Shown one piece after another: positions 40,533 to 50,452 of a stretch of 64,000 nt of DNA. The position numbers and the translations under genes are program-made. Source of the stretch: Antedon mediterranea (Eukaryota; Animalia; Echinodermata); contig NC_092673.1 in assembly GCF_964355755.1 (NCBI RefSeq), positions 1,550,001-1,614,000 of the forward strand. Direction: 5' to 3'. A model generated the notes under the pieces. That model saw only the letters and a list, made by a program, of their open reading frames with translations. It had not been told where the DNA came from and made no database searches. Numbering within the stretch: position 1 is the stretch's first letter; every line of letters starts with the position of its first letter.

Positions 40533-43500
40533 TTAAAGAAAGCCATTCTCTGTGAAGGAAGCCTTCACAAGTTTTTCTTGATCACTTGTAAGTGATTGAA
40601 GCGGTGATCGTGTTGGGCCACCATAATATCCGAACCATTCCATAGATTTCTTCAACCCAGGAACATTAAACATTCTAGTAACCTGAAAAAGTTAGAATAA
40701 TTATTTAAATTGTATAATACTTGATTGTTTGATTTGCAGACGAAAAGAATTGCACACTAGTTCTATAACACCATAGAATAATGTAATACAGTGTAATGAG
40801 TGAGAGAGAGCCGAACCATAGCCTTACATCGGCAAAGGTTAGAGGCTCACTAGCTCCAAGGTTATTGTGGTAGTCGAGTCAGTATACATTGCTCATGTGC
40901 ACTTTAAAGAACCTAGTACATAAGACGAGTAGGGGGTTAACCCAGTGTACTAGTTCACACACAGCCACTGTTTCGTGGACAGATGAAAGAGATCCTGTAA
41001 GTGGCTGCACTGACATGACGTGACCCTTAGGAAAGAAACATGTAGTTGAAAAGTGTAACATCTAAGTCCACATTGCCATGAGCAAATGATCCATTCGTTG
41101 GAATTCGGCGGTATATAGGAATTTGTATATTATTATCAATATGTGCACTATAGCAATATTAGTGCATATTGAATTCATTCATTTATCCATTGACAATGAA
41201 AGTATTTCCATTTATTAATGTCAATTGCATCAATACAACAGACATTGTGTTGCTTTCAGAAACAAATATACATACAAATATAAATGATGTAAAGTCAAGT
41301 ACAATTCTTTCAATAAATTCATTCTCCTACATTTTGTTCAACAACGTTCAGTGCCCTAATATCAGCTTAATATAGAAACTGTCTTGTTGGGCTACAGTAT
41401 AGCATATATTATATACACTGTAATATGATTCTGAAGCGTCAAAATTTTGGGTGATGATGTTTTTTTGTTCCACACCACCACTAGAGTTAAGGAAATAGCT
41501 CATTTAAATTAATACTTACTGCTGCATTGGGTGCAATGATACGATGCTGTAGGCTGAGGGCTTCTTTTGTTTTTCCATCTTTAAACAACTGATCCAGTTG
41601 ACACATTTCAGAACCTAAAACGTTAGCTACGGCGGCTATTGCACCTACAGCACCTGAAAAGAAAAGTTAAAGTCGAGACGAGTGAGTGTACAGAGTTTAA
41701 AAGCATGCATTTTTGCTCGGCATGCTCAACTATGAATTGATCAGATTAACAATGGGAGTAATCCCTTCTCTAAATATCTTTCCAAAGATATTTTGCTGCA
41801 ATGGGTTATGAAGCATTTTTACTTACCGACAGTACGTGCAGATAGGAAGAAGCCACCTGAACCAGCTAACACACTGAAATCATGCTGTTTTGTTTTATGA
41901 ACCATTAAACCAATTTTAGCTACCTGTAAATATTAATGTTTATAACCATAATCATAATGCCAGATTAAGCTAGCAAATAAAGGTGAATCACCAGAAAGGT
42001 GTTACTTTACATCCTTTCTTTCGGTTTTCGTATCGTATTTAAAAAAACAAAAGTTGTCTTACATCGCCACCGCTTTCTTTAACTCCAATGATGTTTGGAT
42101 GTTCAGCTAATTTGCATATGACCTCTGTACTCAGGTCAATCCCAGTATTTGCTGGCACGCTATATAAAATAATAGGCACAGGGCTATGATCTGCAACCTG
42201 AAAAAATAGTACTGTATGATAAAATGTAAATTGTGACACATGATTGGTTCTTGGGTCTTTATGTTTATTCCTTTAGGCGATTGTCCACTAGGCGAATTTG
42301 TTGGCGCAAGAAGATGGACACACGAATACGCATGTGTATAGCTAACACTTTCGATGCACGCAAACAAATTCGCCTAGTGAAAAATCAGCTTTAAGTGCGT
42401 GTTTATATTTAGTTATCCGCACTTGGCGGATAACTCCTTGTTATTGTATGGGATCAATATTTTTTTCTGTATTATTCTTCTTTCTTTCTCGCTATTTTTG
42501 TGTAGAGCGTTTCTCTAAAATGTGTAAACATAACATTTCATAACTTTGACAACATGTGGGCATTTACGTGAACTTGTGCACCTCCTATTTTTTAATGACG
42601 TCAGAGTTGTGCAATGTGACTTACGTGCGATTTATGAATTTCGCGTATTTAACATAGATCGAAAACCATAAAAGATTTTAAACTGAAACTTTGCAAAAGT
42701 TTAATTTGTGTCATGCGCTAACTTCTTGTGAAAAAAAATTGCGTGTTTTAGACAAAGTTACGCGTGCACGCGCATTTAAAATTTTAAAATGCGCAAAATT
42801 AATTTCTATTCAATTTTCTACGAGTTTCATGTCATTTTAAGCATGTCAAAAATTCCCACGCGTGCGCAAATTTTTACGTGTGTGGTGCGCACGTAGCATT
42901 AAAAACATATTTTTTTCGCATGATTTATATTTGTCCAGCCTTTTCTAGTAATTTTACCAACTTTTAAACAATTTCGACTTAAAGTTACGTCATACGAGCA
43001 CGTCGAATTGGACAATTTGCGCGCGTTTTTGATGAAAAAGTTCAAAAATTTGTCAAAATTATGCCTTTTTTTAAACAGTCATAATTTCTAAACTACACGA
43101 TCAACTTTTTGTGGATGACAAATTCTGGAAGTTGATGAGTTGTAGATATCGGATCATGTATTTTTATGGCTAACCGGACATTGTGACGTCATCGTATGGC
43201 CACGTGAATATAAAATTTAGGATTGTTGTATCTTTCGTCATAGCTCATCACATTTAGTAGAACGCATCGCCACTTATCAGTTTTCCATTTTCACGCCGAT
43301 TTTGATTTTGTCTAGGTAAATCAACTATCTTTCGCACAAGTTAAAAATATTTAAATTTTTATGAGGTCATCATGCCTAAAAATTTTAATTACGTGGGTCA
43401 TTAATTTCATCTTTACAGTAAATTTTTATCTGTTGTAGCTCGTAAGAATAAAATGTGATAATCACGATTAAAACATTTTCTGGAAGCTATTGGATTGTAG

Positions 43501-45625
43501 ATACGAAATCCTGTGAACATTTTGCCAATCGCATGTTGTGACGTCATCATATGGCCAGTTAAATAAAAAATGTCGTATTTTCATATTTTGCGTCATCATT
43601 CATTACATTTAAAAGAACGCGCATCAATATTTCACGTATTCGAATTTCTTCTACACGTTAATATGTTGTTACTGAGATAATTTCCTCCCGAAATTGCTAT
43701 CTTAGTGTTTCATTTTGATACCGTAACCATGTTACAAATTTGAATAAATTGCGGGTTCCGTAATTTCACCTATTCTACACTGTATGTAATATGTATACAG
43801 ATTATACTGTTTGCATGTATATACTATATGACACAAAATAGACTGAATTCAGCACTAAAAACGTATGATATTCTTCAGTTCAGGTCATAATGCCATAATC
43901 TTTATCTGTGTGCAATATTCCAACGTATGACGTGCACGTGGCGTTTGTCGTGCGGATAACTAACTCGTCAAAGTGACGAGTTTCATGTCTAGTTTGTTTT
44001 TATGTTGGTGTCTACAATATCAAACTAGTTTGACACAAAAGTGCGTTTCATATGGTAGTGATATGAAATCATCGTGTCCTATCCATATATTATGGGAACA
44101 TACATATTTTTGTCACATAAAGTTTGATAGTGTAGACAGTTTAATAATTTAACCTTATGTACGTACTAATGTTTGGTCCTTATCCTAAATATATCTAAAT
44201 ATGCCCATTAAGCTCTGTCTACACGACCATATTTGGGAATGTCACTACCATATTTGGGCATATCACACTAGTTTGATAATAATGTAGACAAAGTCCCATT
44301 TGATTATCAAGATATGTTAAGACTTTTGATTTTGAATACCTTTGTATAATGTTGTAGCATAGCTGGATTGCTCATTCCACTTTTATAAAAGCAAGGAGTT
44401 ATCACCAACAATGCATCAGCACCGGCAGAAGCCATTTCATTGGATAGCTGTATCGTATCTCTTGTGGCTACAAAATATTCAAATACACACAAACAAAAAC
44501 TGTAAATTAAAAATAAGATATATAACCGGATTGAGTTTTATTTATTTTAAGATTTTTTAAAACAATCAAATAAATAGAAATTTTGAATTAACATGAATAA
44601 ATATGATACAAAAAAAAAACAAGATCTGACATGAAAAAGTTTCCAATTTTGATTTATTTTTTCTTCTTCACCTATCTGCACCAATTGATGTAACATAATT
44701 GATGTCATATAAGCTATATTTAGCTTTCTAACCGACCCATAACATCAAGCAAGTATCAAGCAAGTATAACAATTGTGTCAAAGATAGGACAACACATAAA
44801 AATAAAAACCAATTTTTTTTAATGAAAAATGTTTCAATAATGTTACAGAACAGAAATATACTAACATTCACAGCCAGAGCCTGCAATGATCACTTTATCG
44901 TCTGTAGCAAACTTCTTAACATGTTTTAGTATTTCAACACGTTCCTCCTTTGAAAGGTATGCAAATTCACCATTTGATCCATGCACTGCATAACCTACAA
45001 ACACAGTTTGTCCCAAATAAAAGTTTAATAATATTATCATATTTAAATAAAATGTTTTTGTTGTAAATTACAGGTTGACTAATAATGGAACTGTGGGTTC
45101 ATTTATAGTTTGAGCTAAAGTGACACATTAAATGGACAGGCAATGTCAACATTTGCCAGTTGCGTTTTGTCTCATTTGGCGTTCCATAAATATATTATAG
45201 TATTAAGGTACCGTACTCCATATAAAAAAAAAAAATTATCATAGAAAAACGTGCACTTGTTATTCATTTGAACTGTGAGGCTGTGATAATTGAAAAAACT
45301 TAATCATGGGCTGGTAGGCCAGCCAAGACAATTCCTTGAGCTGCTAGCCTAGGCCTAGTCTATATGTTTACGCAAAAGAGGTACGGGAACTTATCAGTTA
45401 GCAGACTACACTAGGCCTAGATCATGCGCGCCTACCTTTGAACGGTATGCTATTCCAGCGGCGAATGTTCTCTTCGAGGTAGTCATACCGTATGCTTTCA
45501 TCGGTATCAAAAGGGGTGACTATTGGTGGGAAAATACCAGATATATCTACATTTTTGGAAGCTGTTACCAGAGTTCTGGAATTGCTATAAACTATAATCG
45601 ATCTTTGAACTCCAATACGCCACAT
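40533..45625 (-). CDS. HOGA1: 4-hydroxy-2-oxoglutarate aldolase, mitochondrial (DHDPS/NAL family), 320 aa
   Basis: Exons 45625-45436, 44994-44866, 44467-44340, 42197-42063, 41923-41827, 41653-41520, 40682-40533 (TAA); 190/129/128/135/97/134/150 nt. Motifs GIFPPIVTPF, GSNGEF, IAGSGCES, ILYSVPANTG and HPNIIGVKESGGD (Schiff-base Lys). Basic, presequence-like N-terminus. Confidence 0.97.
42274..42392. mobile_element. Small MITE
   Basis: CACTAGGCGAATTTGTT (42286-42302) is inverted at 42363-42379. Confidence 0.65.
42409..43993 (+). mobile_element. Non-autonomous Helentron/DINE-like element, copy 2
   Basis: 5' subTIR TTAGTTATCCGCA with nearby inverted GCGGATAACT. 3' subTIR TGCGGATAACTAA (43951-43963). 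Hairpin AACTCGTCA-AAG-TGACGAGTT, then CTAG at 43989-43992 followed by TTT. Confidence 0.75.
44009..44291. mobile_element. Two adjacent internally deleted MITE family A copies (44009-44140; 44210-44291)
   Basis: TGTCTACA.TATCAAACTAGTTTG...AGTTTGATAGTGTAGACAG and AAGCTCTGTCTACAC...TGTAGACA. Confidence 0.8.
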
Positions 45626-45993
45626 TCTCTTTTCTGAAATGTTGCTGGAAAAAGATTTTACCCATCTCTTATGGAAAGCCAAACCCGCAAAAAACTACAA
45701 CAATATGCACTTCTTAAATTATATTGTACAGTACAATTAATAACAATATCGATCATTTATTGTATCGATCGATCAAAGTTGCATAAAATAAAACCTTCTT
45801 CCTCATAAACTTTTAATTCTAAATGTTATGTTAGTTTTATCTTAATCTCAGGTGGTCTAATTAATAATGTATTGTATTATTTTTTTATCGTGTTAAGTTA
45901 GCACGTTAAGCACTGGAAAAACCGACGCTGAGTAATAATAATATCGCATTCATGGTTTTCCCAAAGATATCAACTCTCTGGGTTTTCCACGTT

Positions 45994-48900
45994 TTACATA
46001 ACATTGCATCGGTTAAAAGTGTCCACTACGCCCTCTATAAAATCACCACGGTAGTTTCCAGCTTCAATCAATGCCTGTTTTCGTTTTTGTTTTTCTTCAA
46101 TCAGTTGTTTTTGCTTCTCGATTTTCTCACGTTTTTGTCGATCTATCTCGTTTTGTCGATCAATACACGCCATTGCAAACATTTTAAATTCTTTGTAGTC
46201 AAGTGCCTGTGTAAAAAAAAGACATACCTAGTGAATAATGTGTTTAATTCCTTTATTTAAAATATAATACCTGTACCGAGGGTCCATAACAATATAATAC
46301 CTGTACCGAGGGTACATAACAGTATAATAACTGTACCGAGGGTACATAACAGTATAATAACTGTACCGAGGGTACATAACAGTATAATAACTGTACTGAG
46401 GGTCCATAACAATATAATAACTGTACTGAGGGTCCATAACAGTATAATAACTGTACCGAGGGTCCATAACAGTATAATAACTGTACCGAGGGTACATAAC
46501 AGTATAATAACTGTACCGAGGGTCCATAACAATATAATAACTGTACTGAGGGTCCATAACAGTATAATAACTGTACCGAGGGTCCATAACAATATAATAC
46601 CTGTACCGAGGGTACATAACAGTATAATAACTGTACCGAGGGTCCCTAACTATATAATAACTGTACCGAGGGTCCATAACAGTATAATAACTGTACTGAG
46701 GGTCCATAACAGTATAATAACTGTACCGAGGGTCCATAACAGTATAATAACTGTACCGAGGGTCCATTATTTATTTCTTTATTCTGATATAAAATTAATA
46801 GGATAAATACACAAAAAAGTACCGAGACGGCAAACTTATTTCCATTGTGGTCCTTAACAGTATAATAACTGTACCGAGGGTCCATAACAGTATAATAACT
46901 GTACCGATAGGGTCCATAACAGTATAATAACTGTACCGATAGGGTCCATAACAATATAATAACTGTACCGAGGGTCCATAACAGTATAATAACTGTACAG
47001 AGGGTACATAACAGTATAATAACTGTACCGATAGGGTCCATAACAATATAATAACTGTACCGAGGGTCCATAACAGTATAATAACTGTACCGAGGGTCCA
47101 TAACAGTATAATAACTGTACCGAGGGTACATAACAGTATAATAACTGTACCGAGGGTCCATAACTATATAATAACTGTACCGAGGGTCCATAACAGTATA
47201 ATAACTGTACCGAGGGTCCATAACAGTATAACAACTGTACCGAGGGTCCATAACAGTATAATAACTGTACCGAGGGTCCATAATAGTATAATAACTGTAC
47301 CGAGGGTCCATAACAATATAATAACTGTACCGAGGGTCCATAACAATATAATAACTGTACCGAGGGTCCATAACAGTGTAATACCTGTACCGAGGGTACA
47401 TAACAGTATAATAACTGTACCGAGGGTCCATAACAATATAATAACTGTACCGAGGGTCCATAACAGTATAATAACTGTACCGAGGGTCCATAACAGTATA
47501 ACAACTGTACCGAGGGTCCATAACAGTATAATAACTGTACCGAGGGTCCATAACAGTATAATAACTGTACCGAGGGTCCATAGCAATATAATAACTGTAC
47601 CGATAGGGTCCATAACAGTATAATAACTGTACCGAGGGTCCATAACAGTATAATAACTGTACCGAGGGTCCATAACAGTATAATAACTGTACCGAGGGTA
47701 CATAACAGTATAATAACTGTACCGAGGGTACATAACAGTATAATAACTGTACCGAGGGTACATACAGTATAATAACTGTACCGAGGGTCCATAACAGTAT
47801 ATAAACTGTACTGAGGGTCCATAACAGTATAATAACTGTACCGAGGGTCCATAACAGTATAAAAACTGTACCGAGGGTACATAACAGTATAATAACTGTA
47901 CCGAGGGTCCATAACAGTATAATAACTGTACCGAGGGTCCATAACAGTATAATAACTGTACCGAGGGTCCATAACAGTATAATAACTGTACCGAGGGTCC
48001 ATAACAGTATAATAACTGTACCGAGGGTACATAACAGTATAATAACTGTACCGAGGGTCCATAACAGTATAATAACTGTACCGAGGGTCCATAACAGTAT
48101 AATAACTGTACCGAGGGTCCATAATAGTATAATAACTGTACCGAGGGTCCATAACAGTATAATAACTGTACCGAGGGTCCATAACAGTATAATAACTGTA
48201 CCGAGGGTCCATAACAGTATAATAACTGTACCGAGGGTACATAACAATATAATACCTGATCGCCAGACACGTCAAAATGTTTGAAGATTTCATTCACCGC
48301 ATCTCCGTAAAAATTGAAAAGAAATCCAAATGTACCGAATTCTTCTGCTGATATGCTTTGACTGCCGTCTTCGTCGAGCAGTTCAAACACCGTCCGAGAA
48401 TGACGGTAGATGAACTGTTTCTCTTCTTTATCCTAAAAGAAAATTGAGAAAGACGAAATATGATGAAGATAATACAATATTCATTGTAAAAATAGTGTTT
48501 AGATCTTAAACATGTATTTTGTACCCACTTTTCGGACACATTCAGCCTTCCTTAAACACTTTCTAAACATGTAGTCTGTATCCAACTCAACACATCAGTG
48601 ACGTGTTGTTAAACATGTGAAGCAATATAAATACACTGTTTAGGTTTTCCGTTTAACAGCTTTGGAGATTTTTTTCCGCCACAGTAAAATCGTATGCACG
48701 CAACGCTAAACACGTACCTAACATGTTGACTGAAAATAATATTAACTTTAGCTTTTAAACACGCTAAAAATGTAACTACCTGTTAAAAAGCTAAATGTGT
48801 GGACAAGTGGGTACAAAATACATGTTTAGGATCTAAACACTATTTTTACAATTAGTTACTTATGACTGCAATGGTCCTTTACCTGTATTGAGATTAGTAT

Positions 48901-49349
48901 ACACACAAGCAGGTAGAATTCGTCAAAGTCAATCTGACCAGAGCCATCTACGTCCAACATATCGAAAACTTTGTATATGCGGCTTTTATTCAAATTTGTC
49001 ACATGGTGCATAAACGTATAAAATTGAATGTCTTAAAAAGAAATAAACGATATTATTAAATATTCCGATCACTTTATAGTAAGTAATCATAAACCTAGGG
49101 TAATGATAGAGGATAGTATTCCTAGGCTATATATGGCCGGCTAGGCATAGAGCCTAGGCCGAGAGATTGGGCCAGAGCCTCCAGAGGCCTAAGTTTCTAA
49201 ACCACGTACCACCTACCATTAATTGCCATCTGATCATGAACGTCCAACAGTTTAAAATATTCTAATACTATTTTAACATTCTTCGCGGTCAAAAAGCAGT
49301 AGGTCTTATCCAAATGCAGGTATTGCAAAATGCTCGATTTTATTTTCAT
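45994..49349 (-). CDS. EFCAB9: EF-hand calcium-binding domain protein 9 (CatSper-associated Ca2+/pH sensor), 223 aa
   Basis: Exons 49349-49217, 49031-48883, 48432-48256, 46206-45994; phase-consistent (672 nt). MKIKSSILQYLHLDKTYCFLTAKNVKIVLEYFKLLDVH...FYTFMHHVT...QFIYRHSRTVFELLD matches the EFCAB9 pattern. EF loops DVDGSGQIDFDE, DEDGSQSISAEE and DVSGDQALDYKE. Confidence 0.92.
46261..48258. repeat. 30-bp satellite (~63 units) filling EFCAB9 intron 3
   Basis: (AGTATAATAACTGTACCGAGGGT(C/A)CATAAC)n, with one ~90-bp unique interruption at ~46766-46854. Confidence 0.97.
48483..48852. mobile_element. Long-TIR MITE filling most of EFCAB9 intron 2
   Basis: ATTGTAAAAATAGTGTTTAGATCTTAAACATGTATTTTGTACCCACTT is inverted at ~48805-48852 with one mismatch. 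Confidence 0.85.
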
Positions 49350-50452
49350 TTCTGCTGCTCTCTGTGGTTCCCGCAAAAAAAGTTTGAAATTAATGTCAAA
49401 TTCGACGGATAGAAAATACGCGCGCGCGGGTGCGTATAATCATCATCATGTACATGGGCACATCACATTTTTTTTGTCATATGAAGTGTAGACAGAGCTT
49501 TACGGCAGCAGAGAGGGAGTGCTTAATTATAATGTTCATTATTACCGCCCCGTATCATAATTTAATCAAAGTTGTTCAAAATATACAAGAAATTCAAATA
49601 TTATGCACTGTGGGTATGTATCTTTCTTTACCAACTTACTCGCAAGAGAATGTTCCATTATCCAAAAAGGGGTGTCCAGAATACAAACTCCATTCTCATA
49701 TTCCAATCGTTAAAATCAAGAACTGAAAACGGTCACACGAATAAAATAACCCCTCTATTTCTTTGTCTATTATATTATTTTATTTCATATTTTACACTTA
49801 CTATGAGTTTATGTAAAATCATTACAATTTCACATCAACAGACAACTTTATTATAGCTTATTAGCGTCTATGTTACCTTTATTAAATATCATACAAATAT
49901 TTACTTATTTATTTACTCCTAATCGCACTTATTGCTGGTGTTGCTATGGAATGAAGACTTTAGTGGTCTCAACTGCATTTTTAGAAAGCCCAACGATACG
50001 GTAAGTATTTCAATTTGTTATTATTCTTTATTCGTAGATCCATATTTCCACATAAATAAATCTTACACAATTTATGTCTATACCTTTTACATTCACAATT
50101 TGAATTATTATATTATACATTATTTATAAGCTTTAGTATGGCATTGAATAATATGCATCAATTTCTCCATGAGATTCGCCGAGAAATGTCATTTGTCAAT
50201 CGTTGGATGACAGAAGAATTTAAAGGGTTGCTCTGTAAACCAACCACCGCATTTTGTCCTACGTTACATTGTAACCAGAAAAATATTTACGTAGTGTAGT
50301 CTTGTATTTTTGTAAAACAAAACATAGATCTTCTATTATCACGATACTCCCGGGTGATGAAGTGAGGAAACACCAAAACTTTTTGAAATTAGTTTTAATT
50401 TGTTATGTTATAAATTGTAATAATATTCCTAACAAACGATTTCACAGTTTAT

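Noticed and set aside
40533-45625. Horizontally acquired bacterial dapA
   Set aside because: Seven spliceosomal exons in the conserved animal HOGA1 arrangement.
45626-45682. N-terminal extension MAFHKRW... of HOGA1 from the ORF track
   Set aside because: It starts at a non-ATG codon; the first in-frame ATG is at 45625.
46228-48293. Long ORFs of 533, 479, 179 and 111 aa
   Set aside because: Translations of the 30-bp satellite inside EFCAB9 intron 3. All three - frames are open only because the unit lacks stops.
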